DNA of 64,000 nucleotides from an uncultured Elusimicrobia bacterium (lineage in GTDB: Bacteria; Elusimicrobiota; Elusimicrobia; 2-01-FULL-59-12), in contig OY969767.1 in the NCBI GenBank assembly GCA_963702895.1, positions 1,408,001 through 1,472,000 on the forward strand, read 5' to 3'. Every line of letters starts with the position of its first letter. Within the stretch, counting starts at the first letter, position 1. This document shows, in pieces, positions 26,385 through 36,386 of this stretch. A model generated the notes under the pieces. The model did not search any database, had not been told where the DNA came from, and was given only the letters and a program-made list of their open reading frames with translations. The position numbers and the translations under genes were made by a program.

Positions 26385-26737
26385 TGGATGGTCTCCTGGA
26401 GTTCACGTTGGGTCGAAGCAAAGGGAGGCCCCACACGCTTATCGCGCCGTGCCAAGCGATAAATCACGAAGGCGATCACAAAATAGAGGGCCCCAAAGAT
26501 CAGCGCCGAAAGACTTAAAGGCAGGCCAAGCTTCATCAGACCGCCAATGAGCGCGACCTGCAGCACGATAAAGCCGGTCAGCACAAGGACCAAGATACAG
26601 GCGGCGCAAACGAGGCGCTTCGTGACCCGCTCCGTTTCGTAACGCAATTCGAGCGATGCCAGTTCCACATGATCGGAAAGCTGTCCCGCGACCTCTTTCC
26701 AGATGGTCTGGCGCTCGGGTGGACCGTTCTCAGTCAT
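26360..26737 (-). CDS. Phage-holin-X/YqjE-like two-TM membrane protein
   Basis: ELA.LEL..E is followed by two TM helices and T..EL.E..W. Confidence 0.7.
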   Translation of the reverse strand: MTENGPPERQTIWKEVAGQLSDHVELASLELRYETERVTKRLVCAACILVLVLTGFIVLQVALIGGLMKLGLPLSLSALIFGALYFVIAFVIYRLARRDKRVGPPFASTQRELQETIHWIQKILS

Positions 26738-28103
26738 AGATCAAATCTATCCCTTCAGGAGGGTAAATGCAATCGATAAATTCGCCTTCGCGCGCGCCCT
26801 CGGGCGCGCGGGCCCGGACATAGCGCTCCGTATAGCCCGTCCCATCGGATTCTACAAGAAGCCGAACGCTTCGACCCACAAACATCTCGGCATAGCGGCG
26901 ACGCAGCGTTCGGTCCAAGGCCACCATCGTCCGCGTTCTCTGCGCTTTGACTCGCGGATCCACATGACCCGACAGACGCTGGGCGGGCGTCCCGGGCCTC
27001 ACCGAATAGCGGAACGCATGGATGCGGCTCAACCCCTCTTCCTCGAGGAGCTGCAGGGTGCGCTGAAATTCTGTTTCCCCCTCCCCCGCAAAACCGACGA
27101 TGATGTCCGCTGAGAGCGCCACCTCCGGTATGCGGGACTTGATCCAGCGCACCCGGTCCCGGTAATCCTGAGAACTGTACCAACGTCCCATGCGCTTGAG
27201 CACGGCATCATCGCCGGATTGAAGCGGGATATGAAAGAAGGGGCAAAGTTTGGGGTGCCGCGCCGCGAGCATCACGAGCTCGTCCGGAATCTCGGTGACC
27301 TCAAGGGAGGACAGACGTATCCTGAAATCTCCAGGCAACTCAAGCAAAGCTTTAAGAAGTCTCTCAAATGTCCATTGTTGTTGGAGAAATTTTACGTCAT
27401 TCCGGCGAAAGCCGGAATCCATCATGATGGACCCCGGGTCTCCACAAGTCCGGCGACCCGGCCCGCCGGGTGTTTGGAGGGCCGGCGTCCGCCGGGGTGA
27501 CGAGATGGAATCATCAGTTCCACCATATTGATAGCGACCCAATCGAACTCCTGTCAGGACAATCTCACGAAAGCCTTTGTCAATCAAATTGCTGGCCTCT
27601 GCGCGGATTCGCTCTGGCGATCGACAAATGAGATTCGGCCTCACGGAGGGGATGATGCAGTACGTACACTTCGCATCACAACCGTCCTGGATCTTGATAT
27701 AGGCGCGCGTTCGATCAGCAAGGGCCGTCACGCCGCTCCTGGCGGCCTCCTGGACACAGGCCGTGGGCACGCCCAGGGCTATGGCGATCATGGGCTTCTC
27801 ATGGTTCCCATAGACTTCCACCCGGGGGGAGATCTGGCGCAGCTCTTCTGCCGCGCGCTCCGCGTAGCATCCGGTCACCACCACACGAGAGCCCTTTAGT
27901 TCACGCAAGAGTTTGCGGATGAGCTGCCGGCAGGAGCGATCGGCGCCCGAGGTGACGGTGCAGGAGTTCACGATCGCAATGTCGGCGGGCTGGCTCCCGG
28001 GGACGACACGGTATCCACCCAGGCGAAACTGCTCCCGGAGTTCTTCGGTTTCATACTGGTTGACCTTACACCCGAAGGTATGAAAAGCGATGGAGGGTGT
28101 CAT
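26730..28103 (-). CDS. mtaB: tRNA t6A37 methylthiotransferase MtaB, with an in-frame palindromic-repeat insertion
   Basis: TFGCKVNQYE, NSCTVT, VVTGCYA, KIQDGCDAKCTYCIIP (radical SAM) and HIPLQSG motifs, plus a C-terminal TRAM-like region. Confidence 0.93.
   Translation of the reverse strand: MTPSIAFHTFGCKVNQYETEELREQFRLGGYRVVPGSQPADIAIVNSCTVTSGADRSCRQLIRKLLRELKGSRVVVTGCYAERAAEELRQISPRVEVYGNHEKPMIAIALGVPTACVQEAARSGVTALADRTRAYIKIQDGCDAKCTYCIIPSVRPNLICRSPERIRAEASNLIDKGFREIVLTGVRLGRYQYGGTDDSISSPRRTPALQTPGGPGRRTCGDPGSIMMDSGFRRNDVKFLQQQWTFERLLKALLELPGDFRIRLSSLEVTEIPDELVMLAARHPKLCPFFHIPLQSGDDAVLKRMGRWYSSQDYRDRVRWIKSRIPEVALSADIIVGFAGEGETEFQRTLQLLEEEGLSRIHAFRYSVRPGTPAQRLSGHVDPRVKAQRTRTMVALDRTLRRRYAEMFVGRSVRLLVESDGTGYTERYVRARAPEGAREGEFIDCIYPPEGIDLIYD
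27395..27502 (-). repeat. Palindromic repeat element copy 3, inserted in frame in mtaB
   Basis: 108 bp. The reverse complement reads CGTCACCCCGGCGGACGCCGGCCCTCCA...ATGGATTCCGGCTTTCGCCGGAATGACG. Confidence 0.88.
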
Positions 28104-29038
28104 TCGCTTTCGTGATGGCTGGCTTGGTCTTTGATGGCAAGAGAAAACAAAATCGATATGGCCAAGACCAGTCCGACCACCCCCAACGATACACCAATCG
28201 GGATCTTATAGAGGTCTGCCAGAAGCATTTTGACGCCGATGAAGACGAGCACAATGGCGAGGCCAAAGCGCAGGAAACGAAAATAGCCGATGAGACCATG
28301 GATCAAGAAGTAGAGGGCGCGCAGACCCAGGATCGCCAGAATATTGGAGGAGAAGATGATAAAGGGGTCATTCGAAATCGCCAGGACTGCCGGTATGGAA
28401 TCAATCGCAAAAATCAGATCGGAAACTTCGACCACCACCAGCGCAGCGAACAAGGGCGTGGCATGCCACTTGCCTTCGAGCCGGGTGAGGAAGTGGTGCT
28501 CATCCAGTTGGGTCGTGACCGGCATGAAACGCCGCAAGAGCTTCAGGACCCCGTTGTGCTCCGGGTGGATGGCATCCGGGTTGTCCCGGAACATCTTGAG
28601 CGCCGTGATGATGAGCAGGCCGCCGAAGACATAGAGCATCCAGTGGAAGTAGTGCAAGAGGGTCACGCCCGCAAAGATGATCACGAAGCGCATCCCGATG
28701 GCTCCCAAGACGCCCCATTTGAGCACGCGGTGCTGGTAGCAGTCGGGGACGGAGAAGAATTTAAAGATCATCACGAAGACGAACATGTTGTCGACGCTGA
28801 GCGACTTCTCAATGAGGTAGGCGGCAAGAAACTCAAGAGCGCGCTCGTGCCCCATGGCCGCATCAATGATGCCGGCAAAAGACAGAGACAGGACAAGCCA
28901 GAGGAGACTCCACAAGGCCGCTTCTTTGAAGGAAACCACATGGGCGCCCCGGTGACTCTTGAGACCCATATCGACGATCAACGCCACGATGACCACCACC
29001 ACGAAGAGCGCCCAGAGCCAAACATGGACATCCATCAA
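28100..29038 (-). CDS. terC: TerC/Alx family membrane protein
   Basis: EKSLSVDNMFVF, QHRVL.WG..GA..MR, DLIFAIDSIPA and AILGLRALYF motifs. Confidence 0.93.
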   Translation of the reverse strand: MMDVHVWLWALFVVVVIVALIVDMGLKSHRGAHVVSFKEAALWSLLWLVLSLSFAGIIDAAMGHERALEFLAAYLIEKSLSVDNMFVFVMIFKFFSVPDCYQHRVLKWGVLGAIGMRFVIIFAGVTLLHYFHWMLYVFGGLLIITALKMFRDNPDAIHPEHNGVLKLLRRFMPVTTQLDEHHFLTRLEGKWHATPLFAALVVVEVSDLIFAIDSIPAVLAISNDPFIIFSSNILAILGLRALYFLIHGLIGYFRFLRFGLAIVLVFIGVKMLLADLYKIPIGVSLGVVGLVLAISILFSLAIKDQASHHESE

Positions 29039-29039
29039 A

Positions 29040-29759
29040 TTATTCCCCTCTTTCGGCCAAGAGTTGTGCCAGTGCGACGAGCCCGGCGGTTTCGGAACGG
29101 AGCAAGAGAGGCCCCAGGGTCACAGGCCGTACGCCATGGCGCTGGGCCAGCTCAACTTCAGCGGCCTCCCAGCCCCCTTCGGGCCCAATGAAGAGCGAAA
29201 TCCGATCACAAGGACGGTAGGCTTGACGAAGCGTCACGGTCGTTTCTTTTTCCCAGGGGATGAACGAGAGGCCCTCACGAGGCACCGTTTGAAGCGCCTC
29301 CTGCAAGGAAACAGGACGTCCAATCTCCATCACACTCGAACGTCCGCATTGCTTCGCCGCGGAAAGGGCAATGCGCTTCCAGCGCTCAAGTGCGCCTGCT
29401 CTTCCCGGTTTGATGAGGGTCCGCGCGGTGAGAAGCGGGACCAGTCGCGACGCTCCTACTTCACAGGATTTCTCGACCAGCCAGTCCCACCGGGGACCCT
29501 TCACCAACGCCTGATAAAGGACACAGGACGTCTTCGGAAGCGCGGCCGCGCGGCTTTCGGACAGAATCGCGCCTTCGATACGATCGGCGCTGATACTCTC
29601 AATGCGTCCGCGGTAGGAAAGATCTGCCCCGTCGAAGAAATCGATCACGTCCCCCACCTTGTGTCGAAGAACCTGTGCCGCGTGCCGGGCTTCCGAACCC
29701 AGCATCACAAAGCGTCGGTTTTTGATTTGTTCCGGCGGGACAAAAAAGCGAGAGCTCAT
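29040..29759 (-). CDS. rsmE: 16S rRNA m3U1498 methyltransferase
   Basis: RFFVP, H...VLR, K.CE.G, AAKQCGR, IGPEGG and LG..LLRSETA motifs. Start set at ATG 29759. Confidence 0.95.
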   Translation of the reverse strand: MSSRFFVPPEQIKNRRFVMLGSEARHAAQVLRHKVGDVIDFFDGADLSYRGRIESISADRIEGAILSESRAAALPKTSCVLYQALVKGPRWDWLVEKSCEVGASRLVPLLTARTLIKPGRAGALERWKRIALSAAKQCGRSSVMEIGRPVSLQEALQTVPREGLSFIPWEKETTVTLRQAYRPCDRISLFIGPEGGWEAAEVELAQRHGVRPVTLGPLLLRSETAGLVALAQLLAERGE

Positions 29760-30027
29760 AGGCGCGGGTTTCCCGCCCCCCACATTTCTGGCAGACCGTC
29801 CCTTCCGATCATAAATACGGTAGGGGACGCTAACCCGAAATCTTCAGCATAGGGGTTCCGTCCGTCTGATCCAGTTGCACTTATTAATCCCCTCTCCCGC
29901 CGCCAGGTGGGAGAGGGTGAAGGGTGAGGGCACAGCCTCATCTTCCGACGCAGACCTGCCCTCACCCCCGCCCTCTCCCGCGTTCCGCGGGCGAGGGGGT
30001 TACATAGAACCGAAGATTTCCGGCTAA
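29759..30027. repeat. Cluster of palindromic REP-like elements between dnaJ and rsmE
   Basis: GGCGCGGGTTTCCCGCCCC (29761-29779); GTAGGGGACG..AACCC...GGGTTCCGTCC (29820-29863); CCCCTCTCCC..GGGAGAGGG..GGGTGAGGG / CCCTCACCCC..CCCTCTCCC..GGGCGAGGGG (about 29889-29999). Confidence 0.65.
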
Positions 30028-30052
30028 CGGCCGCGGTGAATGACAATATGTA

Positions 30053-31189
30053 TTAGCCTCTTCCAAATATTTTGCGGAGGACACTTTCGTCGTACTGCTC
30101 CGGTTTTTCGCCGAGCGTCTTGGCGAACTCCCGCAAGAGTTCTCGCTGCTTGGAGCTTAGATCTTTCGGTACATCGACGATCACCTTGACGTATTGATCT
30201 CCCTGGCCTCGCCCTTCAAGACGCGGCATCCCGCGGTCCCGTAGTCGAAAAAGGGCGCCGTTCTGTGTCGCAGGCGGGATCTTCATCGTCACAGGCTCGT
30301 CCATGGTTTCCACATGGATCTCACAGCCCATCGCCGCTTGCGGGAAAGAGAGACGCTCTTCAACGTAGAGATCATCTCCATTGCGGACATAGCGCTTGTC
30401 GGTCGTCAGATGGATCACGACATAGAGGTCGCCGGAAGAACCGCCGCGAAAACCGGCATGGCCAGCCCCGGAAATACGAAGGGACGTCCCTTCCCTGACG
30501 CCCTGGGGAATTCTGACCGTCAGGGTCGCGTCCTTCTGCGCAGCGCCCATGCCGCGACAACTTGGGCAGGGAGAGGGATTCACCATCCCCTCACCGCGGC
30601 AGGTGGGACAGCTCTGCTGCATCATGAAAAAGCCGCGTTGGCTCCGGACCTGCCCTGTTCCATGACAAGACTTGCAGGTGACGGCCGAGGTGCCGGGTTT
30701 GGCGCCGCTGCCGCCGCAGTGCTCGCACTTTTCAAGGCGGGATAAACGGACAGGTTTCTTGGCGCCTTCGTAAGCCTCGCGAAGGGTGATATCGACTTCA
30801 AGCGCGACGTCCTCGCCGCGCGAGGTGCGGGAGCTTCGGCGTGAGCGGCCGCCAAAGGCATCGGCACCGCCGAAGATATTGCCGAGAATATCGCCCAGGT
30901 CGACGTCGCCGAAATCCGTGGAGAAGCCGCCAAAACCTCCGGGACCTCCCGCGCCGGCACCCGAGACGCCGGCGTGACCAAAGCGGTCATAGGCCGCCCG
31001 TTTATTCGCGTCCGAGAGGGCCTCGTAGGCCTCATTGATGGACTTGAACTGGGCTTCGGCGGTCTTATCCCCCGGGTTTTTGTCCGGGTGATATTTAATC
31101 GCCTGACGCCGATAGGCAGCCTTGATCTCGTCCTGGGAGGCGGATTTCGTGACGCCTAAGAGATCGTAATAGTCTCTTTTTTCCGCCAA
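30053..31189 (-). CDS. dnaJ: Chaperone DnaJ
   Basis: J-domain HPD, a G/F-rich region and four CxxCxGxG repeats. Confidence 0.97.
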   Translation of the reverse strand: MAEKRDYYDLLGVTKSASQDEIKAAYRRQAIKYHPDKNPGDKTAEAQFKSINEAYEALSDANKRAAYDRFGHAGVSGAGAGGPGGFGGFSTDFGDVDLGDILGNIFGGADAFGGRSRRSSRTSRGEDVALEVDITLREAYEGAKKPVRLSRLEKCEHCGGSGAKPGTSAVTCKSCHGTGQVRSQRGFFMMQQSCPTCRGEGMVNPSPCPSCRGMGAAQKDATLTVRIPQGVREGTSLRISGAGHAGFRGGSSGDLYVVIHLTTDKRYVRNGDDLYVEERLSFPQAAMGCEIHVETMDEPVTMKIPPATQNGALFRLRDRGMPRLEGRGQGDQYVKVIVDVPKDLSSKQRELLREFAKTLGEKPEQYDESVLRKIFGRG

Positions 31190-33082
31190 TTACTTCTTCC
31201 CTTCATCGACGACTTCTGCGTCCACCGCCTCGGGGCCGCCATTGGTCGGGCCCTGGGTGGCGCCACCGGAGGGAGCTTCCTGGCCGGCCTTGGCTTTGGC
31301 GGCCGCTTCCTTATAAACGACTTCGGCCAGCTTGTGAGACGCCTTCATGAGTGTCTCTTTGGCCTTCTTCAAGCTCTCCACGTTGCCGCTTTTGAGGGCC
31401 TCTTTGGCTTCCGACAAGGCCCTGTCGAGTTCCAGGCGCTCGTCCCCTGAGACTTTGTCGCCATGGTCTTTGACGGATTTTTCTGTGGCATAGACCAGAC
31501 CATCCAGCTCGTTCTTGGCCTCGATCTGATCACGGGTCTTTTTATCTTCCTCCGCGAACTGCTCCGCCTGCTTGACAAACTTATCCACCTCGTCCTTGGA
31601 AAGCTTGCTGGGGGAGGAGATGCGGATGGACTGCTCCTTGTTGGTGCCAAGGTCTTTGGCGGTGACGTGGAGGATGCCGTTGGCGTCGAGGTCAAAGGAA
31701 ACCTCAATCTGCGGCATGCCGCGGGGCGCGGGCGGAATCCCGTCCAGGATGAACTTGCCCAGAGAGACATTGTCTTTGGCCATCTGGCGCTCCCCCTGGA
31801 GCACGTGGATCTCCACAGACGACTGATTGTCCGCCGCCGTCGAGAAGACCTGAGATTTCTTGACGGGGATGGTCGTATTCCGATCGATGAGCGGCGTGCG
31901 CACGCTGCCCAGGGTCTCAATGCCCAGGGTGAGCGGTGTCACATCCAGGAGCAGCACGTCCTTCACTTCACCCGTTAAGACCGCCGCCTGGACCGCCGCG
32001 CCTAACGCGACGCACTCCATCGGGTCAATACCGTGTTCGACCTTACGGCCAACGTGCTCTTCGACAAACTTTTGAACGATCGGCATGCGTGTCGGACCGC
32101 CCACCAGAATGATCTTCGTGATTTCCTGAATCGATCCCCAGGAGTGCTTGGGGTTCTTGCGCGCGTCATCCAAGGCCCGCTCGACGGGACCGATGCATCG
32201 GTCAATGATCGGCTTCACGATGCCCTCGAGCTTGGCCCGCGTGAGTTTCTGCGTGAGATGCTTCGGTCCCGAAGCGTCAGCCGTAATGAACGGCAGGTTG
32301 ATTTCGGTTTCCAGCACCGTGGACAGCTCGATTTTGGCTTTTTCCACAGCTTCCTTGAGGCGGGTCATCGCGAGCCTGTCCTTGAGCAGGTCGATCCCGG
32401 TTTCCTTACGAAACTCACCGGCGACCGCCTCAATGAGGGCATTATCCATGTCGGTCCCGCCGAGCTGCGTGTCGCCGGAGGTGGCGACGACTTCAAAGGT
32501 GGCATCCGAGCCTGAGCTCGACATGTCCATGAGCGTGACGTCCAGCGTCCCGCCCCCCAGGTCAAAGACCATGATTTTTTGGCTCTGGCCGGACTTATCC
32601 AAACCGTAGGCGAGGCAGGCCGCTGTAGGCTCATTCACGAGTCGGACCACCTCAAGCCCTGCGATCGCACCCGCATCTTTGGTGGCCTGGCGTTGGTTGT
32701 CGTCGAAATAAGCCGGTACGGTGATGACGGCCTTTTCGATCTTTTCACCGAGGTAGGCCTCGGCATCTTTCTTGATCTTCTGGAGAATAAAGGCTGAGAG
32801 CTGCTGTGGGGTATATTCCTTGCCCCCCGCCTGATACTTGTGCGGCTGACCCATCTTCCGCTTGAAGGCATACATGGTGGATTCGGGGTTCGAGACCGCT
32901 TGCCGGCGCGCGGGCTCTCCTACGAGGAGCTGCCCGTCCTTCGTGATGGCGACATACGAGGGAAAAGCCTTGCCGCCGAGCGTCGTGCCCTCCGCGGAGG
33001 GAATGATGACAGGCTTGCCCGCCTCCATCACGGCCGCCGCTGAATTGGATGTTCCTAAGTCAATGCCAATGATTTTTGCCAT
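31190..33082 (-). CDS. dnaK: Chaperone DnaK (Hsp70)
   Basis: [37 protein letters not shown] and [14 protein letters not shown] motifs. Confidence 0.98.
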   Translation of the reverse strand: MAKIIGIDLGTSNSAAAVMEAGKPVIIPSAEGTTLGGKAFPSYVAITKDGQLLVGEPARRQAVSNPESTMYAFKRKMGQPHKYQAGGKEYTPQQLSAFILQKIKKDAEAYLGEKIEKAVITVPAYFDDNQRQATKDAGAIAGLEVVRLVNEPTAACLAYGLDKSGQSQKIMVFDLGGGTLDVTLMDMSSSGSDATFEVVATSGDTQLGGTDMDNALIEAVAGEFRKETGIDLLKDRLAMTRLKEAVEKAKIELSTVLETEINLPFITADASGPKHLTQKLTRAKLEGIVKPIIDRCIGPVERALDDARKNPKHSWGSIQEITKIILVGGPTRMPIVQKFVEEHVGRKVEHGIDPMECVALGAAVQAAVLTGEVKDVLLLDVTPLTLGIETLGSVRTPLIDRNTTIPVKKSQVFSTAADNQSSVEIHVLQGERQMAKDNVSLGKFILDGIPPAPRGMPQIEVSFDLDANGILHVTAKDLGTNKEQSIRISSPSKLSKDEVDKFVKQAEQFAEEDKKTRDQIEAKNELDGLVYATEKSVKDHGDKVSGDERLELDRALSEAKEALKSGNVESLKKAKETLMKASHKLAEVVYKEAAAKAKAGQEAPSGGATQGPTNGGPEAVDAEVVDEGKK

Positions 33083-33099
33083 GATACAACCTCCTTAAA

Positions 33100-33612
33100 T
33101 TATGGTGTGGGGCTTTTCGCGACCCCAACTCTGACACGCGCGGGCCGGATGATCCGGCCTTGAAAACTGTAGGCCTTCTGCAGCTCCTCCACCACCTGGC
33201 CCACTTTCGATTCCTCGACTTCCGTTTGTTCCACCGCCTCCGCCGTATGGGGATCGAAAGGCTTGCCCATGAGCTCGACGACGGAAAGTCCCTCGGACTT
33301 TAAAAAGTTGGAAAAGCTCTTATGCAAGTAACCGAGGCCTTCCGTGACCTGCTTCATGTCCTTGGCATGCTCCGCTTGGCTGAGCGCCTGCTCAAAGACA
33401 TCGACGAGCGACAAGAGCGGCATGAGGACTTCTTGCTTGCCCCAGGCCCGAAGGTCCTGCTTTTCTTTTTCGACACGTTTCCGGTAATTCTCAAACTCGG
33501 CCTTGAGCCTCAAAAGCTGGTCGTAATAATCATCGGCTTTGGCCTTTTGCTCTTCCACGGACTGCTGCAGGATGGCCAGCTCCGAAAGTTTTTCCTCGAG
33601 TTCGTCACTCAT
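33100..33612 (-). CDS. grpE: Nucleotide exchange factor GrpE
   Basis: R.KAEFENYRKR, FDP..AEA and RIIRPARV.V motifs. Confidence 0.95.
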   Translation of the reverse strand: MSDELEEKLSELAILQQSVEEQKAKADDYYDQLLRLKAEFENYRKRVEKEKQDLRAWGKQEVLMPLLSLVDVFEQALSQAEHAKDMKQVTEGLGYLHKSFSNFLKSEGLSVVELMGKPFDPHTAEAVEQTEVEESKVGQVVEELQKAYSFQGRIIRPARVRVGVAKSPTP

Positions 33613-34666
33613 TCGGCACCATACGTTCCAGCATCTGGTTCACGATCTTCGCGACCCCTTCGACGAGCGCAATCATCCTGCCATACTCCATGCGCCGAGG
33701 ACCCATGATGCCCAGCACGCCTACCGTCTGGTCGTTCAGTTTGTACGTATTGGAAACAAGGGACACGTGGCGAAGTTCCGGACGCACGTTTTCTGCGCCG
33801 ATATTGACCAAAAGCCCCCCCTTCTTCATCGTCTTCTCGAGGACCGAAGAGAGAAGGTTCTTGTGTTCCATCACTCTCAAGATCCCGGAGATCTCATCGA
33901 AATCGCCCATGTCTGGAAAGGAGAAGATATTCTCCCTCCCTTCGACATAAAGATCCCCCTCGACGGCATTCAGGTCAAAGGCTTCTCGGGCCAGGTCACG
34001 GGCGAGCAAAAACGCATCGGACTGTTCCTGTTGAAGCGCCTCAATATGATGAAGGATCTGCGTCCTCGCTTCCGAAAGTGGCAGTCCGGCCAGGCGTTCA
34101 TTAAGCATGTCGCTGATGATGGACAGTCTCTGGGAGCTCATCGGGCTCTTCAAGTTCAGCACCTTATGGCGGATGAACCCTGACTGGGAAAGAATCACGA
34201 CCAAAATCTGACTTGGCGAAATCGAGATGAGCTGAAGGCGCCGAAGCAGGGACTTGTCCAGCCTCGGCGAAAGCACCATCCCGGTATAGCTCGAAAGCGA
34301 AGAGAGCATGCGCGAGGTCGAGATCAGCACGTCCTGGAGCTCTTTGGCGCGAGCGGCATACTCCCGGCGTATGCGTTCCTCTTCGGCGACCGCCAGCGAC
34401 TGCACCTCGAGAAGCGAATCCACATAGAGACGGTATCCTTTGTCGGAAGGGACGCGCCCGGCGCTCGTGTGGGGCTGGATGAGAAAACCCTCCTTTTCGA
34501 GATCGAGCAGCATATTTCGGACCGTCGCCGAAGACATCCCAAAGTTGTACTTGTCCACGATCACGTGCGACCCCACGGGCTTGCCCGTTTTCATGAAATG
34601 GTAAATGACCGCCTGCAGGAGGCGTCGCTTACGATCTTGTGACGTCTTGGGATCGAGGACTCTCAT
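33605..34666 (-). CDS. hrcA: Heat-inducible transcription repressor HrcA
   Basis: PVGS, SSATVRN...LE..G.L.QPHTSAGRVPSDKGYR.YVD and G.LGIMGP.RM.Y motifs. Confidence 0.96.
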   Translation of the reverse strand: MRVLDPKTSQDRKRRLLQAVIYHFMKTGKPVGSHVIVDKYNFGMSSATVRNMLLDLEKEGFLIQPHTSAGRVPSDKGYRLYVDSLLEVQSLAVAEEERIRREYAARAKELQDVLISTSRMLSSLSSYTGMVLSPRLDKSLLRRLQLISISPSQILVVILSQSGFIRHKVLNLKSPMSSQRLSIISDMLNERLAGLPLSEARTQILHHIEALQQEQSDAFLLARDLAREAFDLNAVEGDLYVEGRENIFSFPDMGDFDEISGILRVMEHKNLLSSVLEKTMKKGGLLVNIGAENVRPELRHVSLVSNTYKLNDQTVGVLGIMGPRRMEYGRMIALVEGVAKIVNQMLERMVPNE

Positions 34667-34687
34667 AAGTTCTGTCTTGTCTGTAAA

Positions 34688-34714
34688 GTAGCAGTCTGGA
34701 GAACTGAGTGCTAA
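34688..34714 (-). promoter_or_regulatory. CIRCE operator (HrcA binding site)
   Basis: The minus strand reads TTAGCACTC-N9-GACTGCTAC versus the consensus TTAGCACTC-N9-GAGTGCTAA, directly upstream of hrcA. Confidence 0.9.
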
Positions 34715-34715
34715 G

Positions 34716-34745
34716 ACTATATCAGCTTTGAAATTATAATGTCAA
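34716..34745 (-). promoter_or_regulatory. Sigma70 promoter of the hrcA-grpE-dnaK-dnaJ operon
   Basis: Minus strand TTGACA (34745-34740), 18-nt spacer, TATAGT (34721-34716) with a TG extended -10, immediately before CIRCE. Confidence 0.8.
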
Positions 34746-34819
34746 TAGATTGTGGATTAATATCTAGATATAGATATGTTTTGAAGTGCCAATTTTCATC
34801 CGCGCAGCACGTCGAATCC

Positions 34820-35629
34820 TCATCCGACCGTTTCCGCACTATAGCGTGCAATCAGCCCCAAACGCGTCGCTTCCTTATAGATAGAGACAAAGGCCCTGTA
34901 GGAAACCCCGAGTAGAAGAGCGGCCAAAGCTGCACCGATCAGGAGTGATCCGGTTGAGAAAGAGCCTGTGAGCGAGATTTGGCGGAGATTCTCGAAGACG
35001 TAGGAGGGAGGCAGGCAGGCCCCGACATGCTGCATCCAGCGAGGGAGAATGGAGAGCGGGTAGAAGACGCCCACAAAAGGTGAGAGGAGCGCCGGGATGG
35101 GCCAGATGAACCATTCCGCGGCTGGACCCCAACGTAAGACCATGCCGCAAGACAAAATTCCAAGAGAAATCGCGAAAACGAATAAGATCAACAGAAAGGG
35201 CAAGACCATCGAGCCGTAAATCGCCATCGTCATACCAAAAACCAGGGACGCCACCAGCCACATCACCAAGAGTCCCACAAGACTCGTCAGGACACTGCAC
35301 AAGATAAGCCCCAAGAGGTATTCGCCAACCGTGATGGGGGAAGCAAAGACATTCAGAAAATTGCGGGACCAAACGTCTTCAAAGAACGTCATGGTCACCC
35401 CCTGCATCACGCGTATAAAGAAGTCCCAAAGCAGCACGGCCCCCAGCAACACCATGATCTTGTCTTGTCCTTGGACCATCATGCTTTGAAGATAACGTGT
35501 GAGAAATCCCCAAAGCACCATATCGATGGCCACCCAGATAAAGAGCGGCAAGACCCTGGAAAAACTCCCACGCATCAAATAGAGGTACCTCAGCGCGATG
35601 GCATAGACCCGATGGAGAGACCGTGTCAT
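34820..35629 (-). CDS. ABC-2 type transporter permease
   Basis: About 6 TM segments, with FED.WSRN..N.F.SP and GVFYP...LP.W...G..LP..YVFE motifs; follows an ATPase gene. Confidence 0.88.
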   Translation of the reverse strand: MTRSLHRVYAIALRYLYLMRGSFSRVLPLFIWVAIDMVLWGFLTRYLQSMMVQGQDKIMVLLGAVLLWDFFIRVMQGVTMTFFEDVWSRNFLNVFASPITVGEYLLGLILCSVLTSLVGLLVMWLVASLVFGMTMAIYGSMVLPFLLILFVFAISLGILSCGMVLRWGPAAEWFIWPIPALLSPFVGVFYPLSILPRWMQHVGACLPPSYVFENLRQISLTGSFSTGSLLIGAALAALLLGVSYRAFVSIYKEATRLGLIARYSAETVG

Positions 35630-36373
35630 CTAGTCCATCTCCTGGGCGAGAGGCTCACGCGCTAAATGGATAAAGAGCTCCTCGAGATTCGCCCTGCCAT
35701 GCTCTCGGGGCAGCCGTTTCGGATCGCCTTCAAGGAGGATTTTGCCATGGGATAAGAAAATGACGCGATCACAAACCGTTTCCACCTCGCGCATATTATG
35801 GGAGGTCCAAAGCACGCCGCACCGGCCTTCTTTGACCACCTCCAGGATCAGATCACGCGTCTGCCGGGCCGCCGACGGGTCAAGAGAAGCGGTCGGCTCG
35901 TCCAGCAAGAGGAGCTCGGGTTGGTTCAGCATGGCCTTGGCGAGGCTCACGCGCGTTTGTTCGCCGGAGGAGAGCAGGCCGCACTTCGTTTTCCGGAATT
36001 GTCCCAGCTGGAAGCGTTGCAGCATCCCGGGAAGGAGGTCCGAGAGATTCTGCACACCATAGAGCAACCCAAAGATCTTGAGATTTTCTTCGACGGTCAA
36101 GTTGCCTGGCAGAGGCGCGTAGACCGCGGCGAAATTGACGTCGCCCAGCGCCGCGCGGTCTTGCGTCGTAATCCGACGACCCTTGATCCAAATCTCCCCG
36201 CCGGAGGGTTCCAGCACGCCCAAGACCATACTGATCAAGGTCGTTTTCCCCGCCCCGTTGGGTCCGAGAAGCCCGACAATTTCGCCTGTCTTGACCGTGA
36301 AACTGATCTCTTGGACCGCGTTGAAATTCCCGTAAGTCTTATGAACATGCTGAACGTCTAATACGGTTTTCAT
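35630..36373 (-). CDS. ABC transporter ATP-binding protein
   Basis: Walker A GPNGAGKTT, LSSGE, LLLDEPTASLD and SH motifs. Start trimmed to MKTVLDV. Confidence 0.92.
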   Translation of the reverse strand: MKTVLDVQHVHKTYGNFNAVQEISFTVKTGEIVGLLGPNGAGKTTLISMVLGVLEPSGGEIWIKGRRITTQDRAALGDVNFAAVYAPLPGNLTVEENLKIFGLLYGVQNLSDLLPGMLQRFQLGQFRKTKCGLLSSGEQTRVSLAKAMLNQPELLLLDEPTASLDPSAARQTRDLILEVVKEGRCGVLWTSHNMREVETVCDRVIFLSHGKILLEGDPKRLPREHGRANLEELFIHLAREPLAQEMD

Positions 36374-36386
36374 CGAAGGTGTCCGG

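Noticed and set aside
29036..29060. yybP-ykoY (Mn) riboswitch expected upstream of terC/alx
   Set aside because: terC directly abuts rsmE with no leader space, and the motif was not recognised.
29756..30046. 96-aa ORF between dnaJ and rsmE
   Set aside because: It is a translation of palindromic repeats (PHPSPSP-type peptide) and unlikely to be a gene.
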